This document shows positions 29,857 through 40,962 of a DNA stretch of 64,000 nucleotides, one piece after another. The first letter of the stretch is position 1; each line of letters starts with the position of its first letter. The notes under the pieces are model-generated. The model was not told the DNA's origin. It saw nothing but the letters and a program-made list of their open reading frames with translations, and made no database searches. Origin of the DNA: Candidatus Shapirobacteria bacterium (lineage in GTDB: Bacteria > Patescibacteriota > Microgenomatia > UBA12405 > JAUWLS01); the NCBI GenBank assembly GCA_030613565.1, contig JAUWLS010000001.1:27355-91354 (forward strand), read 5' to 3'. Made by a program: the position numbers and the translations under genes.

Positions 29857-30525
29857 ATGACTACTAAAAAGAAACTAATTGCTAATTTTTATGATCTCAA
29901 AGCTACTAAACTAGACAGCATTTCTCTAGACCCTGCCTTTTTTGATCTAAAAGATAATCCCGATCTTATCGCCCAATCCGTAAGAGTCTATCTTTCAAAT
30001 CAACGCAGAGCAAAAGCAAAAGTTAAAAACCGATCTGAAGTAAGAGGAACTACCAGAAAAGTCTGGAAACAAAAAGGAACTGGTCGTGCCCGTCACGGTG
30101 ACCGAAGAGCTCCTATCTTTGTTGGTGGTGGTAAAGCCCACGCTCCCCGAGGAGACCAAAATTTTAAACTTAAACTAAGTAAAAAAATGAATCGTCTTGC
30201 CAGACTCATTGTCCTCTCCCACTTTGCCAGAAACGAAAAAATAATTGCTCTAAAAGACATTTCCTCACTTCCAGAAAAAACCAAAGCCGCCAGTGATCTT
30301 CTAAAAAACCTCGGAAAGAAAGAGAAATCAATCTCTTTGGCAAAAAGAGTTGCCCTTATTACTACTCCTGATCAATCTGCTCCCCGCGCTGCTTTCAAAA
30401 ACATTAAAAACGTAACCCTTATTTCATCTGAAAGTTTAAATACCTACCAACTAAGTCTCCACCCCTTCCTAATTTTCAGCAAAGAAGCTTTAGATATTCT
30501 TCAAACCAAAAAAAATGAAAATTAA
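29857..30525 (+). CDS. rplD: 50S ribosomal protein L4
   Basis: Order and sequence are typical. Confidence 0.9.
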   Translation: MTTKKKLIANFYDLKATKLDSISLDPAFFDLKDNPDLIAQSVRVYLSNQRRAKAKVKNRSEVRGTTRKVWKQKGTGRARHGDRRAPIFVGGGKAHAPRGDQNFKLKLSKKMNRLARLIVLSHFARNEKIIALKDISSLPEKTKAASDLLKNLGKKEKSISLAKRVALITTPDQSAPRAAFKNIKNVTLISSESLNTYQLSLHPFLIFSKEALDILQTKKNEN

Positions 30526-30823
30526 AATCAGTCTTAAAGACGTAATTAAGTCACCAATCCTAACCGAAAAAGCTCTCATTGATCAGGCTAAAGGTAAATA
30601 TCACCTTTGGGTACACCCTGAAGCCACTAAGGGTCAAATTGATCGTGCCTTCCAAGAACTTTTCTCTATAACCCCTCTTTCCATAAACACCACCACCTTA
30701 AAAGGAAAAGAAAAATTCAACCACCGTACTCGTTCTACTACTAGACGCCCTATTCGTAAAAAAGCAATCATCACCATTAAAAAAGGAGAAAAAGTCAAAG
30801 AGTTAACTATCAAAGAAAAATGA
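30515..30823 (+). CDS. rplW: 50S ribosomal protein L23
   Basis: Order and sequence are typical. Confidence 0.85.
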   Translation: MKIKISLKDVIKSPILTEKALIDQAKGKYHLWVHPEATKGQIDRAFQELFSITPLSINTTTLKGKEKFNHRTRSTTRRPIRKKAIITIKKGEKVKELTIKEK

Positions 30824-31572
30824 AATACCGAATCCAAAAACTAAAAACCATTAAAAAGAAAAAATCTGGCCGAGACAATAAAGGTCACATTTCTGTCCGT
30901 CATCAAGGTGGTCAGCAAAAAAGATTTTTACGTCTAATTGACTGGAGAAGAGATAAGGTTGATGTTGAAGCTACAGTTAAGTCCATAGAATATGATCCTA
31001 ACAGAACCGCTGATATTGCTCTTTTGGTTTACAAAGACGGTGAAAAGAGGTATATTCTCTCACCAGAAGACCTAAAGATAGGGGATACTGTTATTAGTTC
31101 TGATGCAGCTCCAATTCAAACTGGAAACTGCCTTAAACTAAAAAATATCCCTGCTGGTATAGCCATCCATGGCCTGGAATACATTCCTGGAAAAGGTGCT
31201 CAAATTGCCCGATCCGCCGGAGCTTCTCTTCAGGTTCAGAGTATAGAAGCAGATAAGGCTATAATTAAGCTTACTTCTGGAGAAATTAGGGTTTTTAACG
31301 CTAACTGTAAAGCCACTATTGGCACAGTCGGTAATTCCCAACATTTCAATAAAAAACTAAAGAGAGCTGGTCAAAAAAGATTGATGGGTATCAGACCCAC
31401 AGTCCGAGGTGTAGCCCAACATCCTGATTCTCATCCTCACGGAGGTGGAGAAGGAAGATCAAGTGTTGGTATGAAATACCCAAAGACTCCTTGGGGTAAG
31501 CACGCTCTTGGTAAAAAGACCAGAAAAAAGAAAAAACATTCAAGCAAATATATTATTAAAAGAATAAACTAA
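30820..31572 (+). CDS. rplB: 50S ribosomal protein L2
   Basis: GRDNKGHISVRHQGG, HPDSHPHGGGEG. Confidence 0.9.
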   Translation: MKYRIQKLKTIKKKKSGRDNKGHISVRHQGGQQKRFLRLIDWRRDKVDVEATVKSIEYDPNRTADIALLVYKDGEKRYILSPEDLKIGDTVISSDAAPIQTGNCLKLKNIPAGIAIHGLEYIPGKGAQIARSAGASLQVQSIEADKAIIKLTSGEIRVFNANCKATIGTVGNSQHFNKKLKRAGQKRLMGIRPTVRGVAQHPDSHPHGGGEGRSSVGMKYPKTPWGKHALGKKTRKKKKHSSKYIIKRIN

Positions 31573-31575
31573 AAC

Positions 31576-31851
31576 ATGTCCAGATCTTCAAAAAAAGGAC
31601 CCTATATTGATCCCAAACTCTTAAAAAAGGTTTTGGCCAATAAAAGCAAAAAACCCATCAAAACTTGGGCCAGGGCTTGTCAAATCCCTCCTCAGTTCTT
31701 GGGTCATACCTTTTTAGTCCACGATGGACGCAACTTCATAAACGTCTATGTTTCCGAGGAAATGATCGGTCACAGACTTGGTGAATTTGCCCATACCAGA
31801 ACTTTCAGAGGTCATGGTCGTGTTGTTAAACGTGTTATAGAAAAAACCTAA
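31576..31851 (+). CDS. rpsS: 30S ribosomal protein S19
   Basis: Typical sequence. Confidence 0.9.
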   Translation: MSRSSKKGPYIDPKLLKKVLANKSKKPIKTWARACQIPPQFLGHTFLVHDGRNFINVYVSEEMIGHRLGEFAHTRTFRGHGRVVKRVIEKT

Positions 31852-32273
31852 TGGTAAAAGAAAAAAAACCTATCGCTAAAAAGAAAGCTGTTGCTGCTCC
31901 TAAAAAAGCAGTCTCTTCCGCCACCCCTGCTATTAAAACCTTTTTTGTCTTTAAAAAGATGGTCCCCATGTCTCCTCAGAAACTGAGACTAGTTGCCAGA
32001 GCCATAAAAGGACTCTCTCCTCAAACTGCTCTCACTCAACTTAAGCTAACCGACACTAAAAGAACTAGAATTATGGCCAGACTTATTCACCAACTACTTT
32101 CTGATGCCAAATCAAACTTCAACCTTGATCCTCAAACAGTTCAAATAAAAGAAATTCATATCGATGAAGATCAAAAGCTAAAAAGAATGGACAAATCACA
32201 CTCTGCTCGTTTTCAGTCTGGTGTTCGAATAACCAGAAAGAGCAAAATTAAAATTATCGCCCAAGGAAAATAA
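31851..32273 (+). CDS. rplV: 50S ribosomal protein L22 with an N-terminal extension
   Basis: Position and sequence. Confidence 0.85.
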   Translation: MVKEKKPIAKKKAVAAPKKAVSSATPAIKTFFVFKKMVPMSPQKLRLVARAIKGLSPQTALTQLKLTDTKRTRIMARLIHQLLSDAKSNFNLDPQTVQIKEIHIDEDQKLKRMDKSHSARFQSGVRITRKSKIKIIAQGK

Positions 32274-32274
32274 T

Positions 32275-32925
32275 ATGGGACAAAAAGTAAATCCACTAAG
32301 TTTTAGACTAGAAATTAAAAATAGCCGTCACAAATGGTTATCTCGTTGGTATGCTCCCAAAAATCTTTTCCGACATCTTCTCATCGAAGACATTAAAATC
32401 AGAGAGTTTTTAAATAAACGTCTCGACTCTGCCGGTCTTGCTCAGGTAAGAATTGAAAGACTAAACAAAAAAATAAAAATCATTCTCCTTACTACTCGTC
32501 CTGGTTTGGTTATCGGTCGCGGAGGAAAAGGTCTTGAAGAACTCAAAAAAGATCTTGTTTCTATCATTAAAAATAAATCATCCCAAAAGAATCTTGAGAT
32601 TCAAGTAGAAGAACTCAAGAACCCCGATTCTTCAGCAAAACTAATCGCTGACAAGATCGCCTATCAACTTACCAGACGTCTTCCTTACCGCCGAATTGTT
32701 AACAACGCTATGGACAAGGCTATGAGCTCCGGTGCTCAAGGAATCAAGATTGTTCTTGCTGGCCGAATTAATGGGGCAGAAATTAGCCGTACTGAAAAGT
32801 TTTCTACTGGCCCTGTTCCTCTTTCCACTCTAAGAACACACATTGACTACTATGAAAGACCATCTTTAACCCGCTCCGGTTATATCGGTGTCAAAGTCTT
32901 TTTAAATAAAGGAGAAAATGTCTAA
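32275..32925 (+). CDS. rpsC: 30S ribosomal protein S3
   Basis: KH domain. Confidence 0.9.
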   Translation: MGQKVNPLSFRLEIKNSRHKWLSRWYAPKNLFRHLLIEDIKIREFLNKRLDSAGLAQVRIERLNKKIKIILLTTRPGLVIGRGGKGLEELKKDLVSIIKNKSSQKNLEIQVEELKNPDSSAKLIADKIAYQLTRRLPYRRIVNNAMDKAMSSGAQGIKIVLAGRINGAEISRTEKFSTGPVPLSTLRTHIDYYERPSLTRSGYIGVKVFLNKGENV

Positions 32926-32927
32926 AC

Positions 32928-33335
32928 ATGTTACAGCCTAAAAAAACAAAATACCGAAAACAGTTCCGAGGAAAAATGAGAGGTAACTCTAAAGGTCACC
33001 GCTTAAACTTTGGAGATTACGGACTTAAAGCTATAACTAGAGGTTGGATCAGCTCTGCCCAAATCGAAGCTGCCCGACGTGCTATCACTGGTTACACCAA
33101 ACGCGCTGCCCGTGTTTGGATTAGACTCTTTCCTGACAAACCAATCACTAAAAAAGGTGCTGGTGCCCCCTTGGGTGCAGGTAAAGGAGATGTTGAAGGC
33201 TACGTTGCCGTTGTTAAACCTGGTAAAGTAATGTTTGAGGTTTCCGGGGTCGAAGAAGAGATTGCCCGAGAGGCACTAAGAAGAGCTGGATCTAAAATTT
33301 CAGTAAGAACAAAAATAATTAGCAAAAGCTACTAA
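32928..33335 (+). CDS. rplP: 50S ribosomal protein L16
   Basis: MLQPKKTKYRK. Confidence 0.9.
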   Translation: MLQPKKTKYRKQFRGKMRGNSKGHRLNFGDYGLKAITRGWISSAQIEAARRAITGYTKRAARVWIRLFPDKPITKKGAGAPLGAGKGDVEGYVAVVKPGKVMFEVSGVEEEIAREALRRAGSKISVRTKIISKSY

Positions 33336-33340
33336 GAAAA

Positions 33341-33565
33341 ATGATAAAAAAATCTGATAAAATCGCCTACCTGCAAAAAACTAAAAAAGTTTTGGAAACT
33401 GAGCTTCAAAAAGCTCAGAAGAAATTAGTTGCGACTAGAATCAAAGTCAGGCTTGGTCAAGAAAAGGATCATTCTAAGCTTAAGAAAATAAGATACGAAA
33501 TCGCCCTTATAAAAACTATCTTAAAAATAAAATTAAACCAAAAAGATGAAAAAAACCAAAAATAA
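33341..33565 (+). CDS. rpmC: 50S ribosomal protein L29
   Basis: Position and size. Confidence 0.75.
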   Translation: MIKKSDKIAYLQKTKKVLETELQKAQKKLVATRIKVRLGQEKDHSKLKKIRYEIALIKTILKIKLNQKDEKNQK

Positions 33566-33809
33566 AACTACCACCGAAAAACAAGGAAAAACCTTCCAAG
33601 CTGTCGTTGTTTCCAATAAAATGGAAAACACCATTGTTGTCACCATGGACATCAAAAAACCTCATCCTAAATACAAAAAAATACAAAAAAAGACCAAAAA
33701 ACTTTATGTTGACGATAACTTAAAAGCAAAGATTGGAGACAAGGTCCTCATCAGAGAAGTTCGTCCCATTTCTAAATTAAAAAGATTTACAACTGTAAAA
33801 ATTATCTAA
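33546..33809 (+). CDS. rpsQ: 30S ribosomal protein S17
   Basis: Position and sequence. Confidence 0.85.
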   Translation: MKKTKNKTTTEKQGKTFQAVVVSNKMENTIVVTMDIKKPHPKYKKIQKKTKKLYVDDNLKAKIGDKVLIREVRPISKLKRFTTVKII

Positions 33810-34177
33810 TGATTGCCTTAAGATCCATCCTAAAACCAGCCGATAACACCGGGGCCAAAAGACTCCGAGTTATCCATGTCTACGTGGGATCTCGCAGGAG
33901 GTATGGTCATATTGGCGATATCGCCCTCGCTTCTGTCATTGAAGCTGCTCCTGGAGGAATGGTTAAAAAGAAAGAAATGGTAAGAGTTGTTATTATCCGC
34001 ACCAGAAAAGAGAAACGCCGAGAAGACGGTTCTTACATTCGTTTTTCTGACAATGCCGCTGTCATTGTCGACAACAACGGAAATCCTCGAGGTACTAGAA
34101 TCTTCGGTCCTGTCGCCCGAGAAATTAAAGAAAAAGGTTTTACAAAAATTGCCTCAATGGCTAAGGAGGTAGTCTAA
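33809..34177 (+). CDS. rplN: 50S ribosomal protein L14
   Basis: [17 protein letters not shown]. Confidence 0.9.
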   Translation: MIALRSILKPADNTGAKRLRVIHVYVGSRRRYGHIGDIALASVIEAAPGGMVKKKEMVRVVIIRTRKEKRREDGSYIRFSDNAAVIVDNNGNPRGTRIFGPVAREIKEKGFTKIASMAKEVV

Positions 34178-34178
34178 A

Positions 34179-34502
34179 ATGAAAATCAAAGTAAACGATA
34201 CTGTAAAAATAAGAATTGGAAAAGATAAGGGTCGAACTGGAACAGTTCTAAAATCCTTTCCTAAAAAAGGCACTCTTTTAGTTGAGGGTATCAATCTCTA
34301 CAAAAAACATTTAAAACCTCAACAAGGACAACCTGGAAGCATTGTTGAAAGAACCAGACCTATCGCTGTTTGTAAAGTTAGCCTGGTTTGCCCTTCTTGC
34401 AAGAAAGCCACCAGAGTTGCTTACAAAATTGATAAAAACAAAGAAAAATACCGAGTTTGTAAAAAATGCGACTCCATAATTAAAATAGATTCAAAAAAAT
34501 AA
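34179..34502 (+). CDS. rplX: 50S ribosomal protein L24, with a CxxC..CxxC zinc ribbon
   Basis: KOW motif and position. Confidence 0.85.
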   Translation: MKIKVNDTVKIRIGKDKGRTGTVLKSFPKKGTLLVEGINLYKKHLKPQQGQPGSIVERTRPIAVCKVSLVCPSCKKATRVAYKIDKNKEKYRVCKKCDSIIKIDSKK

Positions 34503-34503
34503 A

Positions 34504-35040
34504 ATGTTAAAAAAAGACTTTCAAGATACCATCGCCAAAAAACTTCAAACCGATATTGGTCTTAAAAACATTTTTTCCACTCCTCATCTTTTAAAGATCA
34601 TTATCAACCAAAGAGTTCCTGAGGCCAGAGAAAACAAAGAAGCTATTGCTGAAGCCACCGCTGAACTAGCCGCTATCACTGGTCAAAAACCAGTTGTCTG
34701 TCTAGCTAAAAAATCAGAAGCTGGATTCAAAATCAGAAAAGGTGATCCACTTGCCCTTAAAGTAACTTTAAGAAGAAGTAAGATGTATGATTTTGCCGAA
34801 AAATTATTCAAAATTGTTCTTCCCACACTAAGGGATTTTAAAGGACTTTCTCCTGATTCTTTTGACCAAAGTGGAAACTATTCCTTCACTCTAGAAGAGC
34901 AAACTGTCTTCTCCGAAGTTAATCTTGATAAAGTTAGGAAAGTTAGAAGTTTGCAAATCACCTTTGTAACCTCTACTTCTGTCAAAAAAGAAGCAAAAAT
35001 GTTACTATCTGCCCTAGGTTTGCCTTTTTCTAAAAAATAA
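34504..35040 (+). CDS. rplE: 50S ribosomal protein L5
   Basis: Typical sequence. Confidence 0.9.
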   Translation: MLKKDFQDTIAKKLQTDIGLKNIFSTPHLLKIIINQRVPEARENKEAIAEATAELAAITGQKPVVCLAKKSEAGFKIRKGDPLALKVTLRRSKMYDFAEKLFKIVLPTLRDFKGLSPDSFDQSGNYSFTLEEQTVFSEVNLDKVRKVRSLQITFVTSTSVKKEAKMLLSALGLPFSKK

Positions 35041-35042
35041 AT

Positions 35043-35228
35043 ATGGCCAATGTTGCAAAAATAGTTAGAGAAAAAAAGAAACTACGTTTCAAAACACGTT
35101 ATCGAAACCGTTGTCAGCTTTGCGGCCGACCAAACGGTTACATTCGTATGTTTGGAATGTGTCGTCTTTGTTTCCGAAAACATGCCTCTGCCGGCCTTAT
35201 TCCAGGAGTTAAAAAAGCAAGTTGGTAA
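35043..35228 (+). CDS. rpsZ: 30S ribosomal protein S14 type Z (Zn-binding)
   Basis: 61 aa, CQLCGR..CRLCFR. Confidence 0.9.
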   Translation: MANVAKIVREKKKLRFKTRYRNRCQLCGRPNGYIRMFGMCRLCFRKHASAGLIPGVKKASW

Positions 35229-35235
35229 AAACAAT

Positions 35236-35622
35236 ATGGATCCTATAGCAGACTTTTTAATCAGAATAAAAAATGCCTATCTCGCCAAGAGAAAGACTTT
35301 TGTCGTACCTCATTCAAAAACCAAAGAGGCTATCGCTAAATTACTAGTCACCCACACCTTCATCAAAAAATTCTCAGTTAAAGAAGAAGATGATAGAAAA
35401 AACATTTTTGTTGAACTTCTTTATAGAAACAACAAACCAGCTCTTCAAGATCTCAAAAGGGTCAGTAAGCCTGGACGACGCATCTACACCACTGTCGATG
35501 CCCTTCCTTGGGGTAAAACACCAAACACTCTCTTTATTATTTCCACCTCTCAAGGCCTTATGTCCCAAAGGCAAGCCAAAGTCAAAAACGCTGGCGGAGA
35601 GATTATGGCCCAGCTCTGGTAA
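35236..35622 (+). CDS. rpsH: 30S ribosomal protein S8
   Basis: MDPIADFLIRIKNA. I chose the internal ATG at 35236 over the ORF-track start at 35152. Confidence 0.9.
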   Translation: MDPIADFLIRIKNAYLAKRKTFVVPHSKTKEAIAKLLVTHTFIKKFSVKEEDDRKNIFVELLYRNNKPALQDLKRVSKPGRRIYTTVDALPWGKTPNTLFIISTSQGLMSQRQAKVKNAGGEIMAQLW

Positions 35623-35625
35623 AAC

Positions 35626-36171
35626 ATGTCAAAAATAGGTAAAAATCCCATTATTATTCCCGATACTGTAACCATAAAAGTTGAGGACAATCTAGTGACT
35701 GTTACTGGTCCCAAAGGTGAATTAACTCTCACTCTTCCTTTAAAAATCAAAGTTAAAATAAACAAAAAAGAATTACTTGTCGAAAGACTCTCTGAAGACA
35801 AACAGACTAGATCTAATCACGGAACCTTCCGATCTCACATTCAAAACATGATTACTGGTGTAACCGAAGGTTGGCAAAAAGAACTTCAAGTAGTTGGTAC
35901 TGGTTTCAGAGCTGCAATCGAAGGAAAATTCCTTTCTCTAATCGTTGGTTTCATAAACCCAGTTAAACTTCCAATTCTCAAAGGCTTAACTGTTACTGTT
36001 GATCAAGATAACAAAATCGTTGTTTCTGGTATAGATAAAGTCTTAGTTGGTCAATTTGCCAGCAATGCCAGAAAAGCTAGAAAACCAGACGCTTATCAGG
36101 GAAAGGGTGTTCGTTACGTTGGTGAGCATGTTAAATTAAAACCCGGTAAAGCAGTTAAAACAGAGGCCTAA
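35626..36171 (+). CDS. rplF: 50S ribosomal protein L6
   Basis: Typical. Confidence 0.9.
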   Translation: MSKIGKNPIIIPDTVTIKVEDNLVTVTGPKGELTLTLPLKIKVKINKKELLVERLSEDKQTRSNHGTFRSHIQNMITGVTEGWQKELQVVGTGFRAAIEGKFLSLIVGFINPVKLPILKGLTVTVDQDNKIVVSGIDKVLVGQFASNARKARKPDAYQGKGVRYVGEHVKLKPGKAVKTEA

Positions 36172-36173
36172 AA

Positions 36174-36527
36174 ATGAAAATCATAAAAAACTCATCTGAA
36201 AGAAGAAAAATCAGAACCAGAAAAAAACTCTCGGACAACAAGGGTTTACCAAGGTTTACTGTCTTTCGATCCAATCGTTATCTTTGGGCTCAAATCATAG
36301 ACGACAAAAAAGGACTTACTCTTCTTTCTTCTACTACCAAAACTCTTCCTGAAACTAAAGAAAAACTGACTAAAACTCAAGAAGCTCAAAAACTAGGAGA
36401 GATTATAGCTAAAAAAGCCCTCAAATTAAAAATTACCCGGGTTCGTTTTGATAAGGGACCTTATCGCTTCCATGGACGCGTTAAGGCTCTTGCTCAATCA
36501 GCCAGAAAATCCGGTTTAAAATTCTAA
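36174..36527 (+). CDS. rplR: 50S ribosomal protein L18
   Basis: Typical. Confidence 0.85.
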   Translation: MKIIKNSSERRKIRTRKKLSDNKGLPRFTVFRSNRYLWAQIIDDKKGLTLLSSTTKTLPETKEKLTKTQEAQKLGEIIAKKALKLKITRVRFDKGPYRFHGRVKALAQSARKSGLKF

Positions 36528-36534
36528 ACAATTC

Positions 36535-37014
36535 ATGCCAGCACCAACAAACAAAAGAAGAGGTTTTTATTCCCAAAAACCAACTGATGAATATACTGAA
36601 AAAGTAATTCAAATTAAAAGGGTTTCTAAGAAAACCAAAGGTGGAAATCAATCTTCCTTCACCGCCCTAACTGTCGTTGGCGACAAAAAGGGAAAAATTG
36701 GTATCGGATTTGGCCGAGCCAAGGATGTTTCTAGTGCTATTAAAAAAGCCATCCGAAAAGCAAAAGCTGACACTACTCAAATCACCATAGTAGAAGACAC
36801 TATTCCAGCTGAGATCAAACTTAAATACAAGTCTGCTATCATCCTCTTAAAACCCGCCAAAAAAGGTACTGGTATTATTGCCGGCGGCCCCATAAGGTCT
36901 CTGATTCAAGTTTCTGGTATCAAAAACATTGCCAGTAAAATTATGGGAAGCAGGAACAAAATATTAAATGTTAGAGCTGCCCAAAAAGCTCTTCAAATAA
37001 TTTCCAATGCTTAA
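36535..37014 (+). CDS. rpsE: 30S ribosomal protein S5
   Basis: Typical. Confidence 0.9.
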   Translation: MPAPTNKRRGFYSQKPTDEYTEKVIQIKRVSKKTKGGNQSSFTALTVVGDKKGKIGIGFGRAKDVSSAIKKAIRKAKADTTQITIVEDTIPAEIKLKYKSAIILLKPAKKGTGIIAGGPIRSLIQVSGIKNIASKIMGSRNKILNVRAAQKALQIISNA

Positions 37015-37492
37015 CTCTCTTAAAAAAATTACCCACAAAAGTAAAAAAAGGATTGGCCGTGGATACGGATCCAAAAAAGGTGGCCATACTTCCACCCGTG
37101 GTAGTAAGGGAGCAAAGGCTCGCTACAAAATCAAACTAACCTACGATGGTACCAAGATTAAAAAAGGATGGATCAAGCGCATGCCCCTTTTAAAAGGAAA
37201 AGGCAAAAACACATCCTTAAGAGTCAAACTAGCTGTTGATCTCAATCAAATTGAGAAATGGTACAAAGCTAACGATATTGTCAAAAGGGAAGATCTTCTT
37301 CAAAAACTAAACGTCAGAAAATCTGATATTAAAAAGGCCAAAGTAAAGGTTCTTTCTAGAGGAGAGATAACCAAGCCCCTAACCTTTAATGTTCCTTGTA
37401 CTAAAAACGCTACTGATAAAATTCTTGCCCAAGGTGGCAAAATCACTATTAAACTGAAAACTGATATTGGCTCTGATAAGATAAAGGGATGA
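37007..37492 (+). CDS. rplO: 50S ribosomal protein L15 (directly follows S5; no L30 gene)
   Basis: Typical. Confidence 0.85.
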   Translation: MLNSLKKITHKSKKRIGRGYGSKKGGHTSTRGSKGAKARYKIKLTYDGTKIKKGWIKRMPLLKGKGKNTSLRVKLAVDLNQIEKWYKANDIVKREDLLQKLNVRKSDIKKAKVKVLSRGEITKPLTFNVPCTKNATDKILAQGGKITIKLKTDIGSDKIKG

Positions 37493-38784
37493 AAGAACCC
37501 GCAAAGCTAATAAGACTCTATATCGAGGGAATAAAAACCCCCGTCCTCAGAAAGAAATTTCTTGTAACACTCCTTATTATTGCCCTCTTCAGACTTATTG
37601 CCCACATCCCTGTCCCGGGTGTTAACCTTTCTCTTTTAAAACAGTTCTTTGAGGGTAATCAGTTTCTCTCTCTTTTAGACATCTTCTCTGGAGGAACTCT
37701 AGCCAACTTTTCCATTGCTGCTTTAGGATTAAACCCCTACATTAATGCCTCTATTATGCTTCGTCTTATGACCATGGTCATAAAAAAGCTTGAGGATCTT
37801 TCCAAAGAAGGGGAGTATGGTCGGGCTAAAATTGACCAATATACTCGCATAATTACAATCCCCCTTTCAATTCTTCAAGCCTTCTCCATGTACGGAATCC
37901 TGCGTTCTCAAAACATTATTCCTACCGTTTCCCCCCTTCTTCTTGCTGCCCTAATCTTAAGCATGACTGCTGGTACCATGATCACTCTCTTCTTGGCAGA
38001 ACTAATAAACCAGTACGGCATTGGAAATGGTGTTTCTGTAATCATCTTCGCTGGAATCGTCGCTCGCTATCCTGTCAGCATTATGCAAACCTCTTCCACC
38101 ATCGGGTCAAGCGGACTTTTCAACCTCCTAGCCTTTTTGGTTCTAGCCCTAATTCTCACTCTTGGAATCGTCTTTGTTGAAGAGGCTGTTTTAAGAATTC
38201 CAATTCAGTATGCAAAAAAAATTACTGGAGGAAAAGTCTATGGTGGGCAAAGCACTCATCTTCCTCTAAAGGTTGATACTGCTGGAGTTATGCCTATTAT
38301 TTTCGCTCTATCTTTAGCCACCATTCCTTCCATGATTGCCCAATTTATGTCTACCCTCAATCAAGAATCTCTATCAAGCCTTGCTGACTCTATCAGTCGT
38401 TTTCTTTCTCCGGGTTCAAATTCTTACACTATTTTCTATTTTATTCTTGTTGTCGTCTTTACCTACTTTTACACCGGCGTGGTTTTTAAACCCAAAGATG
38501 TTGCTGAAGATTTAAGAAAATCCGGTGCTTTCATTCCTGGAATTAGACCCGGAAACGCTACTGAGAAACGTCTTTCCTTCCTCTCTTCTCGGGTTACTGT
38601 CATTGGAGCTGTCTTTCTAGGTCTCGTCGCTATTATTCCTAGTATTGCCCAAAACCTAACTGGAATCACCACTCTTACTGTCGGTGGTACTAGTCTCTTG
38701 ATTGTTGTCTCTGTAATCATTGAACTAACTAGGAAAGTAGAAAATGTGGTTCAAATGTATCGTTATGAAAAGTTTAGTTACTAA
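37489..38784 (+). CDS. secY: Preprotein translocase SecY
   Basis: 10-TM protein in the conserved position. Confidence 0.9.
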   Translation: MKEPAKLIRLYIEGIKTPVLRKKFLVTLLIIALFRLIAHIPVPGVNLSLLKQFFEGNQFLSLLDIFSGGTLANFSIAALGLNPYINASIMLRLMTMVIKKLEDLSKEGEYGRAKIDQYTRIITIPLSILQAFSMYGILRSQNIIPTVSPLLLAALILSMTAGTMITLFLAELINQYGIGNGVSVIIFAGIVARYPVSIMQTSSTIGSSGLFNLLAFLVLALILTLGIVFVEEAVLRIPIQYAKKITGGKVYGGQSTHLPLKVDTAGVMPIIFALSLATIPSMIAQFMSTLNQESLSSLADSISRFLSPGSNSYTIFYFILVVVFTYFYTGVVFKPKDVAEDLRKSGAFIPGIRPGNATEKRLSFLSSRVTVIGAVFLGLVAIIPSIAQNLTGITTLTVGGTSLLIVVSVIIELTRKVENVVQMYRYEKFSY

Positions 38785-38793
38785 GCTCTCCTT

Positions 38794-39357
38794 ATGAATC
38801 TAATTATCATCGGCCCCTCAGGATCAGGAAAAGGAACCCAGGCTAAACTTATTGCCAAAAAATATAACCTCACCCATATTTCTACTGGCCAACTCATAAG
38901 AGATCATATTAAAAAGAAAACCACTCTTGGCAAGAAAGCTCAGTCTTATGTAGAAGATGGTCGTTGGACCCCAACTAAAATTGTCCTAAAAATTCTTTTT
39001 GAAAACCTTAAAAACAAATTTATCATTGATGGTACTCCTCGCTATCTAAAACAATGTCCTCTCATTGATAAATATCTAAAAAAACATAATCAAAAACTAG
39101 ATGCTGTAATTTATCTTCATGTCACCAAGCAAGAATTACTTGATCGTCGCCAACTCTATAAAGAAAAATTTCAAGACCAATCTCGACCAGACAGTACCCC
39201 TGAAGCTTTCGAAGCTCGATATCAGTCTGGTAAAAAAACCATTGGACCCATTTTGAAATACTACAAAAAGCAAGGTAGGTTAATAAAGATAGATGGGAAT
39301 CGACCAGTCAAACCCATCTTTAAAGACATTTGCTCAACCCTAAATTCTCTTTTATGA
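38794..39357 (+). CDS. adk: Adenylate kinase (short form without the Zn lid)
   Basis: IIGPSGSGKGTQA. Confidence 0.85.
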   Translation: MNLIIIGPSGSGKGTQAKLIAKKYNLTHISTGQLIRDHIKKKTTLGKKAQSYVEDGRWTPTKIVLKILFENLKNKFIIDGTPRYLKQCPLIDKYLKKHNQKLDAVIYLHVTKQELLDRRQLYKEKFQDQSRPDSTPEAFEARYQSGKKTIGPILKYYKKQGRLIKIDGNRPVKPIFKDICSTLNSLL

Positions 39358-40121
39358 AATCCCTTTCTAAAAAACATTCCTCCCAATTAGAGGGGGGGCA
39401 AATTCTCTCCCAACTTCTTTTTTCAACCCTTTCAGAAGTGAAACCTGGAGTGTCTACACTAGACCTTGAAGCTCATTTTCAAAAAAAACTAGATGAAACT
39501 GGACTTGTCGCCTCTTTTAAAACGGTCGACAACTATCCTTTTTGTACCTGCATTAACATAAACGAAGGAATTGTTCATGGACTTCCTAAAAAAGAAGCAA
39601 TCATTAAAGAAGGGGACCTTGTTTCTATAGATGGTGGTCTTGTTAAAAAGAGCTTCCATGCTGACATGGCCTACACTATCCCTGTTGGGAAAGTTTCTGA
39701 CAAAATAAAGGCCTTTTTAAAAACTGGAGAAGAGGCCCTGGAGTTGGCTATCAACCAAGCTCGTCCCGGAAACAGGATCGGAGACATCTCAAAAGCTATC
39801 CAAGACCATATTGAATCTGCCGGTTACTCTGTTTCACCCCAGTTAACCGGTCATTCTATTGGAAAAAAACTACATGAAGACCCTCTCATTCCTGGAGTTC
39901 TCACGCTTCCTTTAAAAAACACTCCTCGTATTAAAGCTGGACAAAGCCTTGCTATTGAGGTAATTTATTCTCTGGGGTCAACTGAGCTTGAAACTGAATC
40001 TGACAATTGGACGATTCGCACCAAGGATCGTTCACCCACCGCCCTCTTTGAAAAGATGGTTCTGGTCACTCAAGAAAAAACCATAGAAGCTACCAATTAT
40101 TTAAAAAATTTAATAAAATAA
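39330..40121 (+). CDS. map: Methionine aminopeptidase type I
   Basis: Pita-bread fold motifs; start uncertain (possibly 39354). Confidence 0.8.
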   Translation: MLNPKFSFMKSLSKKHSSQLEGGQILSQLLFSTLSEVKPGVSTLDLEAHFQKKLDETGLVASFKTVDNYPFCTCININEGIVHGLPKKEAIIKEGDLVSIDGGLVKKSFHADMAYTIPVGKVSDKIKAFLKTGEEALELAINQARPGNRIGDISKAIQDHIESAGYSVSPQLTGHSIGKKLHEDPLIPGVLTLPLKNTPRIKAGQSLAIEVIYSLGSTELETESDNWTIRTKDRSPTALFEKMVLVTQEKTIEATNYLKNLIK

Positions 40122-40127
40122 ACCTAA

Positions 40128-40346
40128 ATGGTCAAAAATCAACAAGACAGAGTACAAGGCACTGTTACTGAAGCCTTGCCCAACACCCTTTTTAGAGTCA
40201 AGCTTGAAGGTGAAGAAGGAAGTGAAATTATTGCCCATCTTGCGGGAAAATTAAGACTTCATCGCATTCGGGTCATGGCTGGAGATCGAGTTACTCTCGA
40301 ACTCAGTCCACAAAAAGATAAAGGACGCATTGTTTATCGCGGATAA
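40128..40346 (+). CDS. infA: Translation initiation factor IF-1
   Basis: S1-like fold, 72 aa. Confidence 0.9.
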   Translation: MVKNQQDRVQGTVTEALPNTLFRVKLEGEEGSEIIAHLAGKLRLHRIRVMAGDRVTLELSPQKDKGRIVYRG

Positions 40347-40397
40347 AGATCAATTTTACTATTGTCTTTCTGCCTCGCTTAGGATAGAATACTCAAT

Positions 40398-40420
40398 GCC
40401 CCCTTCGGGGAGATTTTTTT
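40398..40420 (+). terminator. Hairpin (CCCC-CUUC-GGGG) plus U7 after infA
   Basis: Seen in sequence. Confidence 0.4.
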
Positions 40421-40430
40421 GAGTCCAAAA

Positions 40431-40544
40431 ATGAAAGTAGCAGCAAGTGTAAAAAAAAGATGCAAAAAGTGCAAGATTGTTCGTAGAAACGGACGAATTC
40501 ATGTCATTTGCGAAATTAAAAGACACAAACAAAAACAAGGATGA
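40431..40544 (+). CDS. rpmJ: 50S ribosomal protein L36 (below the ORF-track size cut-off)
   Basis: Translates to [37 protein letters not shown]. Its stop TGA overlaps the rpsM ATG. Confidence 0.85.
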   Translation: MKVAASVKKRCKKCKIVRRNGRIHVICEIKRHKQKQG

Positions 40545-40960
40545 GAATCTCAGGAATAGACATACCAGACCATGAAAGAGCCGAGATTGGTTTAACTCGT
40601 TTTTTTGGTATTGGAAGAACTCTAGTTAAAGACCTTTTGAAAACCACCAAAATTGACGCCAACAAAAGAGTAAAAGATTTTACAAGAGACGAAGTTACCC
40701 GAATCATAAAAGCCCTCGAGGACATTCAAACTGAAGGTGACCTAAAAAGAGAAATTCGTGATAACATCCAAAGATTAAAAGTAATTAAGTGTTACCGTGG
40801 TATCCGCCATATCTTAAACCTTCCTGTTAGAGGACAAAGGACCAGAGTCAATGCCCGAACCAGAAAAGGTAGTAAAAAGACTGTTGGTGCACTTACTAAA
40901 GAGGCTTGGGCAAAAATGGAAGCTCAACAAAAGAAAGCCTCTATTGCTAGAAATAAATAA
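40541..40960 (+). CDS. rpsM: 30S ribosomal protein S13
   Basis: Typical. Confidence 0.9.
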   Translation: MRISGIDIPDHERAEIGLTRFFGIGRTLVKDLLKTTKIDANKRVKDFTRDEVTRIIKALEDIQTEGDLKREIRDNIQRLKVIKCYRGIRHILNLPVRGQRTRVNARTRKGSKKTVGALTKEAWAKMEAQQKKASIARNK

Positions 40961-40962
40961 AC

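Noticed and set aside
35152-35622. Long form of rpsH starting at 35152 and overlapping rpsZ
   Set aside because: The conserved S8 N-terminus MDPIADFLIRIKNA begins at the internal ATG at 35236. The upstream extension overlaps the S14 coding sequence.
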